Positions 1-10,260 of a DNA stretch of 64,000 nt are shown here, one piece after another. The DNA comes from an uncultured Solirubrobacteraceae bacterium (GTDB lineage: Bacteria; Actinomycetota; Thermoleophilia; Solirubrobacterales; Solirubrobacteraceae): assembly GCA_963722435.1 (NCBI GenBank), contig CAVRKZ010000001.1, positions 1,396,672 to 1,460,671 on the forward strand, written 5' to 3'. Position numbers and translations under genes: made by a program. The notes beneath the pieces are model-generated. The model saw nothing but the letters and a program-made list of their open reading frames with translations, was not told the origin of the DNA and did no database searches. Position 1 is the first letter of the stretch, and each line of letters starts with the position of its first letter.

Positions 1-339
1 CTTGACACCCGTGACCTCGAGGCCGGCGGCCTGCAGCGAGCGAATCGCCGTCTCGCGCCCGGAGCCGGGCCCCTTCACGTAGACCTCGACCTTCTGAAGT
101 CCCTGCTCGAGACCCTTGCGCGCGGCCGCGTCGGCAGTGACCTGCGCGGCGAACGGCGTCGACTTGCGCGAGCCCTTGAAGCCAGCGCCGCCGGCGGACT
201 CCCACGCGATCACGTTGCCCGCCGTGTCGGTGAGCGAGACGATCGTGTTGTTGAAGGAGGTCTTGATGTGCGCCTGGCCGACGGGGATGTTCTTTTTCGG
301 CTTGCGCCGGCCGCGCGCACGTTTCGGTGCTGGCGGCAT
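1..339 (-). CDS. rpsK: 30S ribosomal protein uS11 (3' end outside window)
   Basis: Manual translation from ATG at 339: [38 protein letters not shown]...[14 protein letters not shown]; follows rpsM. Confidence 0.97.
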   Translation of the reverse strand, partial: MPPAPKRARGRRKPKKNIPVGQAHIKTSFNNTIVSLTDTAGNVIAWESAGGAGFKGSRKSTPFAAQVTADAAARKGLEQGLQKVEVYVKGPGSGRETAIRSLQAAGLEVTGVK

Positions 340-723
340 CTACTTCTTGCCAGCTTTCTTCTTGCCGGCAACCTGCATGCGTCTGGGCCCCTTGCGCGTG
401 CGCGCGTTGGTCTTCGTGTTCTGGCCGCGCACCGGCAGCCCGCGACGGTGGCGCAGGCCGCGATATGAGCCGATCTCCTGCAGCCGTTTGATGTCCTGCT
501 GGCGCTCGCGCCGAAGATCACCCTCGACCTGCAGCCCCTCGTCGATTGCGTCACGCAGCTTCGCGACCTCGTCCTCGGTGAGGTCGCGCACGTAGGTGTC
601 GGGGTCGACGCCCACCTCCTTGAGCACCTTGCACGAGGTCGAGCGCCCGATGCCGTAGATGTAGGTCAGACCCACTTCCGAGCGCTTGTTCAAAGGCAGG
701 TTGACACCGGCGATGCGCGCCAT
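340..723 (-). CDS. rpsM: 30S ribosomal protein uS13
   Basis: [10 protein letters not shown]...[26 protein letters not shown]. Confidence 0.98.
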   Translation of the reverse strand: MARIAGVNLPLNKRSEVGLTYIYGIGRSTSCKVLKEVGVDPDTYVRDLTEDEVAKLRDAIDEGLQVEGDLRRERQQDIKRLQEIGSYRGLRHRRGLPVRGQNTKTNARTRKGPRRMQVAGKKKAGKK

Positions 724-731
724 CTAGTCGA

Positions 732-845
732 TCACCCCTGACGCTGCTTGTGGCGCTTGTTCTGGCAGATCACCAGCACGACGCCGTGGCGACGGATGAT
801 CTTGCATTTCTCGCACATCGGCTTGACCGACGGTCGTACCTTCAT
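732..845 (-). CDS. rpmJ: 50S ribosomal protein bL36 (Zn-ribbon form)
   Basis: [37 protein letters not shown]; ATG at 845. Confidence 0.97.
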   Translation of the reverse strand: MKVRPSVKPMCEKCKIIRRHGVVLVICQNKRHKQRQG

Positions 846-964
846 GATCCCTTTCAAGCAGCTGGATTCCCGCGACGCGGCTCTGGCGGCCGCACGGGCC
901 GCCGCTACCGGTCGGGGAGTCGCCTTCGCGCACGCCCACGCGCAGCGCTCAGGCAGGACTCCCA

Positions 965-973
965 ATGGTAGCA
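965..973 (-). promoter_or_regulatory. Putative extended -10 promoter (TGcTACCAT) for the alpha operon
   Basis: TGnTAnnnT match about 120 nt upstream of rpmJ in the map-rpmJ gap. Confidence 0.5.
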
Positions 974-1003
974 AGCTCCGGCGCGCGGTGAAGCCAGCGC
1001 GGA

Positions 1004-1852
1004 TCAGCCCGCGCCGGCAAGATCCTGCGCCCGTGAGCCGCTCGCGTGGGCCAGCGCGCCGTCGCTCACGAGCAGGCCGTCCGCAGGGCGCTCCGAGGGC
1101 GGCAGATGCCACGGCGTGAGGATGCGCGGGCCGGCGCCCGTGACGGCCACGGTGAACTCGAAGTGCGCCGCGTGCGAGCCGTCCTGGGAGAAGATCGCCC
1201 AGCCGTCGCCGCCAACGCGCACCGCCGAGCGCCCGACCGTGGTCATCGGCTCGACCGCGATCACCAGGCCCTCCTCAAGCAGCGGGCCCCTGCCCGGCTT
1301 GCCGTAGTTGGGGACCTGCGGGTCCTCGTGCATGCTGCGCCCGACGCCGTGGCCGACGAGCGAGCGCACGATCGAGAAGCCGGCCCGCTCGACGACCTCC
1401 TGAATCGCGCTGGAGACGTCGCCCATGCGCCTGCCGGGATGGCATTGCGCGACGCCCGCGTGCAGCGAGCGCTCGGTGGCCGTGAGCAGGGCGCTCACGT
1501 CCTGCTCGATCTCCCCGACTGCAAGCGTGCGCGCCGCATCGGCGACCCAGCCGTCGAGCGTGACGCCGATGTCGATGGAGATCGTATCGCCGCTCTTCAT
1601 GCGGTATTGCCCGGGGATGCCGTGCACGATCATCGAGTTGGGAGACGCGCAGATCGAGCCCGGGAAGCCGCGGTAGCCCTTGAATGTCGGCGTGGCGCCA
1701 TGGGAGCGGATCACGCGCTCGGCGAGCGCGTCGAGCTCGCCTGTGCTCACGCCCGGACGCAGCTCGGCCTCGATCGCATCCATGGTCTGCGCGAGGATCG
1801 TCCCGGCGCGCGCCATCTTCTCGATCTCCTGCGGGGACTTCCTGATTATCAC
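1004..1852 (-). CDS. map: Type I methionine aminopeptidase
   Basis: [15 protein letters not shown]...DAART, GHGVG..MHEDP, EPM and HFEFT motifs; follows adk. Confidence 0.96.
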   Translation of the reverse strand: MIIRKSPQEIEKMARAGTILAQTMDAIEAELRPGVSTGELDALAERVIRSHGATPTFKGYRGFPGSICASPNSMIVHGIPGQYRMKSGDTISIDIGVTLDGWVADAARTLAVGEIEQDVSALLTATERSLHAGVAQCHPGRRMGDVSSAIQEVVERAGFSIVRSLVGHGVGRSMHEDPQVPNYGKPGRGPLLEEGLVIAVEPMTTVGRSAVRVGGDGWAIFSQDGSHAAHFEFTVAVTGAGPRILTPWHLPPSERPADGLLVSDGALAHASGSRAQDLAGAG

Positions 1853-1871
1853 TCTCGGAGCTTAGCCGCCG

Positions 1872-2549
1872 CTACAGGTTCTCCTCCATGCGCAGCGTCG
1901 CGATCGTAGCCCTGACGTGCGCGTGCACCTCGTCGGCGCTGCGCCGCCCATCGAAGCGCCGCAGCATTTCAGCGCGGTCGTAGTAGGCGATCAGCGGCTC
2001 GGTCTGCTCGTGATAGACCTCGAGGCGCCGGCGGATCGTCTCCTCGCGATCGTCATCGCGCTGGATCAGCCGCGCCCCGTCCTGGTCGCAGACGCCCTCG
2101 TGCTTGGGCGGGTCGAAGTCGACGTGGTAGATGTGGCTCGGGTTCTTCACGCACACGCGGCGCCCGGCGAGCCGGCGCACGAGATCCTCGTCGGGAACCT
2201 CGATCAGCAGCGCCGCCGTGAGGTGCCTGGCCATCCCCTTCAGCGCCTCTGCCAACGCGTCGGCCTGGTGCTCGTTGCGCGGGAAGCCGTCGAGCAGGAA
2301 GCCGTCGCGGGCGTCGCCCTCGTCGATGCGGTTGGTGATCATGCCGATGATCACCTCGTCGGGCACCAGCTCGCCCGCGTCCATGTAGCGCTGAGCCTGA
2401 CCGCCCAGCTCGCTGCCCGCGGCGACCTGCGCGCGCAGGATGTCGCCGGTCGAGATGTGCGGCAGGGAGAAGTCCTCGTGCAGGCGGTCGGCCTGCGTAC
2501 CCTTTCCGGCACCCGGAGGACCGAGCAGGATCAGGTTGAGTTCGCCCAC
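1872..2549 (-). CDS. adk: Adenylate kinase
   Basis: GPPGAGKGTQ P-loop, HISTGD, LDGFPR, LID domain. Confidence 0.97.
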   Translation of the reverse strand: MGELNLILLGPPGAGKGTQADRLHEDFSLPHISTGDILRAQVAAGSELGGQAQRYMDAGELVPDEVIIGMITNRIDEGDARDGFLLDGFPRNEHQADALAEALKGMARHLTAALLIEVPDEDLVRRLAGRRVCVKNPSHIYHVDFDPPKHEGVCDQDGARLIQRDDDREETIRRRLEVYHEQTEPLIAYYDRAEMLRRFDGRRSADEVHAHVRATIATLRMEENL

Positions 2550-2584
2550 GGCGCAGCCAGCCTATCGGTGACCGCGCAGAGGCG

Positions 2585-3856
2585 CTACTTCAAGAATCCC
2601 TCGTAACTTCGCATCATCAGCTGCGCCTCGAGCTGCTTCATCGTTTCCAGCGCCACGCCGATGACGATCAGGATCGAGGTGCCGCCAAACTGGAACTGCT
2701 GGTGGGTCTGCGAGAAGAGGATCGCCGGCAGTGCCGCGACGGCGGCGAGGAAGAGCGCGCCGGGGAAGGTCAGTCGCGCGAGGATGCGGTCGAGGAATTC
2801 GGCGGTGGGCCGCCCCGGACGGACGCCCGGGATGAAGCCGCCGTACTTCTTCAGGTTGTCGGCCTGGTCGACCGGGTTGAAGGTGACGGCCGTGTAGAAG
2901 TAGGTGAAGACGATGATCAGCAGGGACTCCCCGAGCACGTAGTGCCAGCCGTTCGGCGTGAAGAAGTCCGACAGCGACTGCCCCCAGTGCGTTTTGACGA
3001 GCTGACCCACGGTCGGCGGGAACGCCATCAGGCTCGCCGCGAAGATCACGGGGATCACACCCGCCATGTTCACGCGCAAGGGCAGATAGGTCTGCCCGCC
3101 CTCGGTCATGCGCCGCCCGATCACGCGCTTGGCGTACTGGACGGGGATGCGCCGCTGGCCTTCCTGCACGAACACGATCGCCGCGACCACGACGAGCACG
3201 AGGAACGGGGCCATCACCTTGAAGACCTGATCCTGGGTGGTCCACCACTCTTCGATCGCGCCCGGCAGGCGCGAGACGATCGAGGCGAAGATCAACAGCG
3301 AGATGCCGTTGCCGATGCCCCGCTGCGTGATCAGCTCGCCAATCCACATCAGAAGCACGCAGCCGGTGGTCAGGCAGACGACGATCAGGAAGATGTGCGG
3401 CAGATCGAAGTGCGTGATGACGTTTTCGCCGGCTTTCGCCTGCAGGCTGTGAAACAGGAACACGTAGCCGATCGACTGTGCGAAGGCGAGCCCGACGGTC
3501 AAGTAGCGCGTGTACTGGGTGATGCGCGCCTGCCCGACTTCACCTTCCTTGGAGAGCTTCTCGAGCGAGGGCACGGCGACCTGGAGGAGCTGCATGATGA
3601 TCGAGGAGGTGATGTAGGGCATGATGCCCAGGGCGAATATGGCGATACGGGAGAGCCCGCCGCCGGAGAAGAGGTTCAGGTAGCTGAGGATTCCCGCGCC
3701 GCCGAACTCTTTCTGGATGTTGTTGACGGCCGCCAGGTTGACGCCGGGAACGGGCACGTGCGAGCCGAAGCGGTAGATCAGCAGCATCCCCGCCGTGAAG
3801 CCGATCTTCTTGCGGATGTCCGCGACCTGGAAGGCGTTGAGGATCGTCGAGAGCAT
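2585..3856 (-). CDS. secY: Preprotein translocase subunit SecY
   Basis: FALGIMPYITSSIIMQLL, GIGNGISLLIF, FIPGVRPG, GGTSILI. Confidence 0.98.
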   Translation of the reverse strand: MLSTILNAFQVADIRKKIGFTAGMLLIYRFGSHVPVPGVNLAAVNNIQKEFGGAGILSYLNLFSGGGLSRIAIFALGIMPYITSSIIMQLLQVAVPSLEKLSKEGEVGQARITQYTRYLTVGLAFAQSIGYVFLFHSLQAKAGENVITHFDLPHIFLIVVCLTTGCVLLMWIGELITQRGIGNGISLLIFASIVSRLPGAIEEWWTTQDQVFKVMAPFLVLVVVAAIVFVQEGQRRIPVQYAKRVIGRRMTEGGQTYLPLRVNMAGVIPVIFAASLMAFPPTVGQLVKTHWGQSLSDFFTPNGWHYVLGESLLIIVFTYFYTAVTFNPVDQADNLKKYGGFIPGVRPGRPTAEFLDRILARLTFPGALFLAAVAALPAILFSQTHQQFQFGGTSILIVIGVALETMKQLEAQLMMRSYEGFLK

Positions 3857-3916
3857 GGCCTTGGGGGGTTGCTAAAGCGGGCGGGCCCACGGCGAGTGCG
3901 CGCGCGGCTCGGCCAG

Positions 3917-3922
3917 ATTCTA
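3917..3922 (-). promoter_or_regulatory. Putative -10 (TAGAAT) internal promoter for secY
   Basis: AT-rich TAnnnT hexamer in the 107-bp rplO-secY gap. Confidence 0.45.
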
Positions 3923-3963
3923 GTGGATGCGTTGGGGCGCTCGCGTCGCTTAGACGGGGGCGC

Positions 3964-4470
3964 TCAGGGCTCGATCGTCTTGCACGCGCCGCCCGCCGCC
4001 TCGATGCGCTCGCGCGCGCTCGCGCTGAAGGCGTGCGCGTGCACGGTGAGGGCCTTGGAGAGCTCGCCCTTGGCGAGGATCTTCACGGGCACGTCCTTGC
4101 GCGTGGCGAGCCCGCGCTCGTGCATCAGCTCGAGCGTGATCTCCGTCCCAGCCTCGAAACGGCTCTCGAGCGCGGACAGGTTGACGGGCTGGGTGTGGGT
4201 GCGAAACGGCTCGAAGGGCATCGACTTCTTCATATGCGGGCCCCGCAGCTTTCGCATGCGCATGTGGATCGGCATCTGCCCGCCCTCGAAGCTCGCCCTG
4301 CGCTTGCTCCCCGAGCGCGCGCCCGCGCCCTTCTGGCCGCGCCCGGCGGTCTTCCCCGTACCGGAGCCTTCGCCGCGCCCGACGCGCTTGCGCGGGCGCC
4401 GACTGCCGGGCGCAGGCGCGAGGCTGTGCAGGCCGACGCGCCCCGATCCCTTTCCGCCCGGGGCGCTCAC
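3964..4470 (-). CDS. rplO: 50S ribosomal protein uL15
   Basis: RVGRGEGSGTGKTAGRGQKG...FEGGQMP; GTG at 4470 overlaps the rpmD stop. Confidence 0.95.
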   Translation of the reverse strand: MSAPGGKGSGRVGLHSLAPAPGSRRPRKRVGRGEGSGTGKTAGRGQKGAGARSGSKRRASFEGGQMPIHMRMRKLRGPHMKKSMPFEPFRTHTQPVNLSALESRFEAGTEITLELMHERGLATRKDVPVKILAKGELSKALTVHAHAFSASARERIEAAGGACKTIEP

Positions 4471-4649
4471 TTGCGCTCCTTCACCTCGACCAGGTGACGG
4501 ACTGCGTGCAGCATCCCCCGCGCCTGTGCCGAGTCCTCTAGCTCGACCGTGTGACCGATCCGCCGCAGGCCGAGCGAGCGCAGCGTCGCGAGCTGTTTGC
4601 GGTTTGCGCCGTTGCGTGAGCGCCGTTGCGTGACGGCAAGCGCAGCCAT
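4467..4649 (-). CDS. rpmD: 50S ribosomal protein uL30
   Basis: ATLRSLGLRRIGHTVE...RGMLHAVRHLV. Confidence 0.95.
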   Translation of the reverse strand: MAALAVTQRRSRNGANRKQLATLRSLGLRRIGHTVELEDSAQARGMLHAVRHLVEVKERK

Positions 4650-5383
4650 CACTCGGAGACCTCGTCGCCATCGCTCACCGCGGCGGGTGCGGGCGCCTCG
4701 GCGGGTGCGAGCGCCTCGGCGGTTGCCGGCGCCTGCGCGAGGACGCTCTCAGCGCTGTCGCTCTGCGCCGTGGGCTCCTGCGCACCGGTGCTCTGCGGTG
4801 CGGGCGCGCTGACGCTGGCGCTTTGCGGCGCGGGCGCCTCGGCGCTGCCGTTGCTCGGCGTCCTGCCAAGGCCCAACACCTGGCTCACGCTCAGGCCCCG
4901 CAAGCGGCCCACCTCCTCGGGGGTGCGCAGGCCGCGCAGACCGGCGACGGTCGCCTTCACGAGGTTGATCGGGTTCTGCGTGCCGAGGCTCTTGGAGAGG
5001 ATGTCGTGGATACCGGCGAGCTCGAGCACCGCGCGCACGCTGCCGCCGGCGATCACGCCGGTCCCGGGCGAGGCGGGCTTGAGCAGCACGCGCCCGGAGC
5101 CGAACACGCCGGTCGTCTGGTGGGTGATCGTGCTGCCGTGCTTGGGCACGCGGAAGAGGTCCTTCTTGGCGCGCTCGACGCCCTTCTGGATCGCCAGCGG
5201 CACCTCGTTGGCCTTGCCGTAGCCGATGCCTACGACCTCGCGTTCGTCGCCGACGACGACGAGCGCCGTGAAAGAGAAGCGCCGGCCACCCTTGACGACC
5301 TTGGCGACGCGGTTGATCTCCACGACGCGCTCCTGCAGGTCGAGGCCGGCCGGGTTGACTGAGCGATCTATCGATATGGACAT
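4649..5383 (-). CDS. rpsE: 30S ribosomal protein uS5 with ~70-aa low-complexity C-terminal tail
   Basis: [32 protein letters not shown]. Confidence 0.97.
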   Translation of the reverse strand: MSISIDRSVNPAGLDLQERVVEINRVAKVVKGGRRFSFTALVVVGDEREVVGIGYGKANEVPLAIQKGVERAKKDLFRVPKHGSTITHQTTGVFGSGRVLLKPASPGTGVIAGGSVRAVLELAGIHDILSKSLGTQNPINLVKATVAGLRGLRTPEEVGRLRGLSVSQVLGLGRTPSNGSAEAPAPQSASVSAPAPQSTGAQEPTAQSDSAESVLAQAPATAEALAPAEAPAPAAVSDGDEVSE

Positions 5384-5410
5384 AGCGGGAGGGAAGAGCC
5401 TAGCGGGCCT

Positions 5411-5764
5411 TTACACCGTGATACCGGCCTCGCGCATCGCTTCCGCGAATACGCGCACATGCCCGTGATACTGGTAGCCACCCCGATCGAAGACCGCTTC
5501 GGAGATCCCCGCCGCCTTGGCGCGCTCGGCGAGCAGCTGCGCCGCGCGCGCGCTGCGATCGCCTTTTGCGAGCGAGCGCAGCTCCGGCTCGAACCAGTTG
5601 ACCGCGGCGATCGTGTGCGCGGTGACGTCGTCGACGAGCTGCGCGCAGATGCCGCGGTTGGAGCGGAACACGGAGATGCGCGGACGCGTAGCCGTGCCCG
5701 AGATCTTCGCGCGCACGCGCCGGCGTCGTTTCAGCCGCCGCGTCTCCTTCGTGAGGACCGTCAT
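5411..5764 (-). CDS. rplR: 50S ribosomal protein uL18
   Basis: RPRISVFRSNR, VFDRGGYQYHGHV; ATG at 5764. Confidence 0.96.
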   Translation of the reverse strand: MTVLTKETRRLKRRRRVRAKISGTATRPRISVFRSNRGICAQLVDDVTAHTIAAVNWFEPELRSLAKGDRSARAAQLLAERAKAAGISEAVFDRGGYQYHGHVRVFAEAMREAGITV

Positions 5765-5905
5765 GCGCGCTTGCCGATCCCTCTCGGCAGACATGAGCAC
5801 GTAGAGCAAGCTGGGCAAGGACGCAGGGAGCGTCGCGTGCTTGGCACGCGAGCGACCGAGTACGCCGCTCCAGCGCAGCTATACGTGCTCATGCGCGCTT
5901 GCCGA
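5761..5905. mobile_element. MIRU/MITE-like intergenic hairpin element with 17-bp direct duplication
   Basis: tcatgcgcgcttgccga at 5761-5777 and 5889-5905; inverted arms 5792-5807 and 5878-5893; core shared with 21239-21361. Confidence 0.7.
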
Positions 5906-6422
5906 CCTTGCGAGCTACGTGCTCGCCCTCGTAGCGGATGCCCTTGCCCTTGTACGGCTCGGGCGGCCGCTGCTTGCGGATGATCGCAGCGGTCTCTCCG
6001 ACGAGCTGCTTGGAGATCCCCTTGACGACCACGCGCGTCGGTTGCGGCACTTCGAATTCGATGCCCTGAGGCGCGGCGATCGGCACGGGGTGCGAGTAGC
6101 CGACGGCGAGCTCGAGGTTCCGTCCCTTCAGCTGGGCGCGATAGCCGACGCCCTGGATCTCCAGTCGCTTCTCATAGCCGCTCGTGACGCCCTCCACCAT
6201 GTTCGCGACAAGTGTGCGCGTGAGCCCGTGCAGGGCGCGGTGCTCGCCGCGGTCAGTGGGACGCTTGACGAGCAGCTGCTCGCCATCCTGGGTGACGTCG
6301 ATGTCCCTGTGGATGCGCTCGCTGAGCTCGCCTTTCGGTCCCTTCACGCTCACCGACTCCGGCTCGATCGACACGGTCACGCCCGCGGGCACGGGGATTG
6401 GCTTTCTACCGATTCGCGACAC
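5889..6422 (-). CDS. rplF: 50S ribosomal protein uL6
   Basis: MSRIGRKPI...[11 protein letters not shown]. Confidence 0.98.
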   Translation of the reverse strand: MSRIGRKPIPVPAGVTVSIEPESVSVKGPKGELSERIHRDIDVTQDGEQLLVKRPTDRGEHRALHGLTRTLVANMVEGVTSGYEKRLEIQGVGYRAQLKGRNLELAVGYSHPVPIAAPQGIEFEVPQPTRVVVKGISKQLVGETAAIIRKQRPPEPYKGKGIRYEGEHVARKVGKRA

Positions 6423-6428
6423 TGCAGC

Positions 6429-6836
6429 TCACCAGACCTGTGCGAGGACCTCGCCGCCGACGCCGGTGGCGCGAGCGTCGTGTCCGGTCATCACACCGCG
6501 TGAGGTGGAGATGATCGCCGTGCCCATGCCGCCGAGCACCTTCGGCATGTGCCGCGCGTCGACATATGTGCGCTGGCCGGGGCGCGAGATGCGCCTCAGC
6601 CCGGTGATCGCCGAGCGGCGGTCCTCGGTGTACTTGAGGCGGATCTGGATCAGCTCCCCGGCGCGCCCGTCGGGCGCGGGGACGAGCGTCCAGGACTCGA
6701 TGTAGCCCTGCTCATCGAGGATCCTCGCGAGCTCCTTCTTGACCTTCGACGCGGGTACCTCCACGGTCTCGTGCGCGGCGTGGATCGCATTGCGCACGCG
6801 CGTCAGGAAGTCGGCTATCGGATCTGTCATAGACAT
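6429..6836 (-). CDS. rpsH: 30S ribosomal protein uS8
   Basis: MTDPIADFLTRVRNA...STSRGVMT...GVGGEVL. Confidence 0.98.
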   Translation of the reverse strand: MSMTDPIADFLTRVRNAIHAAHETVEVPASKVKKELARILDEQGYIESWTLVPAPDGRAGELIQIRLKYTEDRRSAITGLRRISRPGQRTYVDARHMPKVLGGMGTAIISTSRGVMTGHDARATGVGGEVLAQVW

Positions 6837-6915
6837 GGGTCGGGGCGCTCGATTCTCTTTCTCGCCGGCTACTCGTCCAACGTAAGCTCGCGCTGCGCGC
6901 GACAGCGCGGACCGC

Positions 6916-7101
6916 TCACCACGAGGACTTGGTCATGCCAGGGATCTGGCCGTTGTGCGCCAGATCGCGAAGGCAGATTCGACAGACGCCGAACTTGCGG
7001 TACACCGCGCGGGGTCGACCGCAGCGCGTGCAGCGAGTATAGGCGCGTGTCCTGAACTTAGGGGGGCGCGCCTGCTTGACGCGCTGTGAGATCTTGGCCA
7101 T
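6916..7101 (-). CDS. rpsZ: 30S ribosomal protein uS14, type Z (Zn-binding)
   Basis: 61 aa with CTRCGR...CRICLR. Confidence 0.96.
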   Translation of the reverse strand: MAKISQRVKQARPPKFRTRAYTRCTRCGRPRAVYRKFGVCRICLRDLAHNGQIPGMTKSSW

Positions 7102-8111
7102 CAGTCCTCGCTCTCGTTCTCCGTGGTCTGCTCAGACGGCGCGTCGGCCTCGTCCTCAACCTCGCCGCTCGCCTCAACTTCGCCGCTCGCCTCAACCTCG
7201 CCGCTCGCCTCCTGCTCGGCCGTGCTCTCGGACTCTGGCTCGGGCTGGGCCTCGGACTGGGTCTCGGGTGGGGCGGAGTCTTCGGTCTCGGTCTCGGCCT
7301 CAGACTCGAGCTCGGGGGCGGCCTCGGTGCTGCCGTCGGGTTCGGCGGAGCCTCCGGTCTCGGCCTCAGGCTCGGGCTCGGGCTCGGCCTCAGGCTCGGG
7401 CTCGGCCTCAGGCTCGGGCTCGGCCGCGCGGGCGGGCGGCGCGGGCGCACTCGGCTGGGGGGCGGCGGCGCGGGCGGCCTCGGCCTCCGCGTGGGCGAGG
7501 GCCGCGGCCTCGTCGGCCTCGGGGTCATAGCCCCTGGGACGTCCCTGCGATGAGAAGGGCATGCCGAGCGCGGCCAGCAGCGCGTACGCCTCGAGGTCGG
7601 TGGCGGCTGAGGTCGTGATCGTGACGTCCAGCCCGCGCACCTCGTCGATCGCGTCGTAGTCGATTTCTGGGAAGATGATCTGCTCGCGAATGCCGAGCGA
7701 GTAGTTGCCGCGACCGTCGAAGGAGCGCGGGTTCAGGCCGCGAAAGTCGCGGATGCGGGGGATCGCGATCGAGATGAGGCGGTCGAGGAACTCGTAGCTG
7801 CGGGCGCCGCGCAGGGTGACGGCGACGCCGACGGGCATGCCCTCCCGCAGTTTGAATGCCGCGATCGACTTGCGCGCACGACGCACGCTCGGCTGCTGGC
7901 CGGCGATCGTCGCGAGCTGCTCGGTGGCGGCGCGAAGCATTTTGGAGTCCTGCTTGGCCATACCCACGCCCATGTTCACGGTGACCTTCTGGACGCGCGG
8001 AGCCTGCATCACGGAGGAGTAGCCGAAACGGCTCATGAGGGCCGGGCGGATCTCCTCGAGATAGCGAGTCTTCAGGCGCGCGTCGGGGGCGGTGTCAGTG
8101 GCGCTGGCCAT
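7101..8111 (-). CDS. rplE: 50S ribosomal protein uL5 with ~150-aa acidic C-terminal tail
   Basis: [31 protein letters not shown]; then an E/A/P/S-rich tail. Confidence 0.97.
   Translation of the reverse strand: MASATDTAPDARLKTRYLEEIRPALMSRFGYSSVMQAPRVQKVTVNMGVGMAKQDSKMLRAATEQLATIAGQQPSVRRARKSIAAFKLREGMPVGVAVTLRGARSYEFLDRLISIAIPRIRDFRGLNPRSFDGRGNYSLGIREQIIFPEIDYDAIDEVRGLDVTITTSAATDLEAYALLAALGMPFSSQGRPRGYDPEADEAAALAHAEAEAARAAAPQPSAPAPPARAAEPEPEAEPEPEAEPEPEPEAETGGSAEPDGSTEAAPELESEAETETEDSAPPETQSEAQPEPESESTAEQEASGEVEASGEVEASGEVEDEADAPSEQTTENESED
7155..7208. repeat. 3 x 18-bp in-frame tandem repeat (EASGEV) in the uL5 tail
   Basis: ctcaac(c/t)tcgccgctcgc three times; a further (EPEAEP)n array at about 7340-7425. 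Confidence 0.85.
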
Positions 8112-8117
8112 CGCTTC

Positions 8118-8489
8118 TCACTCCAACCTCGCGCCGGTTCGCCTGGAGACGCGGACGCGCTCACCGCCGCTGCGCTCTATGCCGACGCGCGTGGGCGCGC
8201 CTTTGGCGTCCACGAGCATCACGTTGGAGACGTGAATCGGCCCCTCCACCTCGATCACGCCGCCGAGCTGACCGGCGGTTCCGGGGATCGGCGAGTTGCT
8301 TGCGGATTCCTTCGGGCGCACGTGGCGCTTGACCATGTTCAGGCCCTCGACGTAGAGGCGCTCCTTGGCCAGCTCGACGCGCAGGACGCGACCGCTCTTG
8401 CCGCGGTCCTTGCCGGAGATGACCTGTACGCGGTCGCCTGAGCGCACCTTGAACGCTCGCCGCCGCGGCCGTTTGGCGGGCCGGGCCAT
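8118..8489 (-). CDS. rplX: 50S ribosomal protein uL24
   Basis: [19 protein letters not shown] motif, PIHVSNV. Confidence 0.96.
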   Translation of the reverse strand: MARPAKRPRRRAFKVRSGDRVQVISGKDRGKSGRVLRVELAKERLYVEGLNMVKRHVRPKESASNSPIPGTAGQLGGVIEVEGPIHVSNVMLVDAKGAPTRVGIERSGGERVRVSRRTGARLE

Positions 8490-8857
8490 CACAGCACCTC
8501 GGGGGCAAGGGAGACGATCTTCATGAAGTTGCGCTCGCGCAGTTCGCGCGCGACCGGTCCGAACACGCGCGTGCCGCGCGGATTGTTCTGGTCGTCGATG
8601 ATCACTGCGGCATTCTCGTCAAAGGCGATGTAGGTGCCGTCGTCGCGCCCGATGGGCTTCTTCGTGCGCACCACGACGGCGGTGACGACATCCCCCTTTT
8701 TGACGGCGCCCTGCGGGTTTGCCTGCTTGACGGTGGCGGTGATGACGTCGCCGACGAACGCGTAGCGGCGCCGCGAGCCGCCCTTCACGCGGATGCAGAG
8801 GATTTCGCGCGCACCGGAGTTGTCGGCTACGCGCAGACGCGTCTCGTTCTGGATCAT
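8489..8857 (-). CDS. rplN: 50S ribosomal protein uL14
   Basis: [16 protein letters not shown]...[10 protein letters not shown]. Confidence 0.98.
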   Translation of the reverse strand: MIQNETRLRVADNSGAREILCIRVKGGSRRRYAFVGDVITATVKQANPQGAVKKGDVVTAVVVRTKKPIGRDDGTYIAFDENAAVIIDDQNNPRGTRVFGPVARELRERNFMKIVSLAPEVL

Positions 8858-9609
8858 CGCGCGCGCTCCAGCACGTCGACCAGCGCCCAGCGCTTCGTGC
8901 GCGAGAGCGGCCTGCTCTCGACCACGCTCACGATGTCGCCCTCGTGGGCGTCGTTGTTCTCGTCGTGCGCGTGCACCGTGCTCGAGCTGCGCACGACCTT
9001 CGCATAGCGGCGGTGACGGCGCGCGATGTCGATGCGCACGGTGATCGTCTTTGCCGCCTTGTTGGAGACGACGACGCCCTGGCGCACCTTGCGCGTGCCC
9101 TGCACGGGTGCGTGGACTGGGGCCAGAGGCGCGGGTGCGGGCGCGGCGACGCGGCGCTCGCTCGCTCGGGCGCGCTCCTGCAGGCGTCGTGCGCGCCGGC
9201 TGGCCGCCTTGCGCTTACGCTCGGCCAGTCGCTCCTCGCGGCGCTCCTCGGGCGTGCGGCTTGTCCGCGGCGGCGCCGCGCGACTGGCTCGCGCCCTGCG
9301 CCGGCGCTCCTTGGGAGACAGCTGCTCGACGGGCGCTTTGGCGGGCGCGCTGGCAGCCGGCTGCGCCTCGAGGGCCTCGCCGTCCGCCTCGCTCGCGCCC
9401 GGCTCCTGCCCGGCCTGCGCGTCCTCGGGAGCCTCGGCGCCCGCGTCCTCCGGGGCCTCGGCGCCCGCGTCCTCTGGAGTATCGGCGGCGGCGTCGGGAG
9501 CGTCGGCGTCGGGAGCCGCGGATGGCTCGCTGGCGGCCGCCTCTACGGGCGGCTGCTGCACGTCCTCCTCCGGGCTCTGCGCTGCGTCGTTGTCCTGCTC
9601 GTCAGCCAT
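8854..9609 (-). CDS. rpsQ: 30S ribosomal protein uS17 with ~170-aa N-terminal extension
   Basis: Core [12 protein letters not shown]...[11 protein letters not shown]; ATG overlaps the rpmC end with AAGGTGAG upstream. Confidence 0.93.
   Translation of the reverse strand: MADEQDNDAAQSPEEDVQQPPVEAAASEPSAAPDADAPDAAADTPEDAGAEAPEDAGAEAPEDAQAGQEPGASEADGEALEAQPAASAPAKAPVEQLSPKERRRRARASRAAPPRTSRTPEERREERLAERKRKAASRRARRLQERARASERRVAAPAPAPLAPVHAPVQGTRKVRQGVVVSNKAAKTITVRIDIARRHRRYAKVVRSSSTVHAHDENNDAHEGDIVSVVESRPLSRTKRWALVDVLERAR
9418..9479. repeat. About 2.5 x 24-bp in-frame repeat (PEDAGAEA) in the uS17 extension
   Basis: cgcgtcctc..ggNgcctcggcgcc units at 9418, 9442 and 9466. Confidence 0.8.
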
Positions 9610-9847
9610 TGCTCACCTTCGTTTGCCCTGCGTTCTCAAGGCTCGCCCCGTGGAGGGCAGCGAGCTCGCGCTCGCGCGCGATCGTGAGGGTCCGCGCGAG
9701 GTCGCGCTTGGCGCGGGCCAGCGCGGCTGTGTCGTCGAGTTCGCCGGTGGCGTTGGAAAAGCGCAGCCCGAAGACCTCTTTTCGCAGCTCGGCGAGACGT
9801 TTGCTGAGTTCTCGCTCGTCGAGGTCGCGTATCTCGGTGCTCTTCAC
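9602..9847 (-). CDS. rpmC: 50S ribosomal protein uL29
   Basis: VKSTEIRDL...[10 protein letters not shown]...KRDLARTLT; GTG at 9847. Confidence 0.93.
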   Translation of the reverse strand: MKSTEIRDLDERELSKRLAELRKEVFGLRFSNATGELDDTAALARAKRDLARTLTIARERELAALHGASLENAGQTKVSNG

Positions 9848-9849
9848 GG

Positions 9850-10260
9850 TCAGTCCTCGCGCAGCACGAACTTCGACCTCACGGGCAGCTTGTGGGCGGC
9901 GAGGCGGATAGCTTCGCGGGCCAACGGCTCGGACACACCTGCCAGCTCGAACATCACGCGACCGGGCTTGACGACGGCGACCCACCCTTCGGGGGAGCCC
10001 TTGCCGGAGCCCATGCGGGTCTCGGCCGGCTTCTTGGTCACGGGCTTGTCGGGATAGACGTTGATCCAGACCTTGCCGCCACGCTTGATCTTGCGGGTCA
10101 TCGCAACACGCGCGGCCTCGATCTGGCGGTTGGTCAGCCAGCCGCATTCGAGCGACTTCAGCCCGTAGTCGCCGAACTGCACGTGCAGCTGTCCACGCGA
10201 GTTGCCGCGACGCCGGCCACGGTGCTGCTTGCGGTGCTTGACGCGCTTGGGCGAGAGCAT
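9850..10260 (-). CDS. rplP: 50S ribosomal protein uL16
   Basis: [15 protein letters not shown]...RMGSGKG. Confidence 0.98.
   Translation of the reverse strand: MLSPKRVKHRKQHRGRRRGNSRGQLHVQFGDYGLKSLECGWLTNRQIEAARVAMTRKIKRGGKVWINVYPDKPVTKKPAETRMGSGKGSPEGWVAVVKPGRVMFELAGVSEPLAREAIRLAAHKLPVRSKFVLRED

Noticed and set aside
7101-9609. Periodic DNA repeats as a possible CRISPR array
   Set aside because: They are in-frame coding tandem repeats without unique spacers, and there are no cas genes
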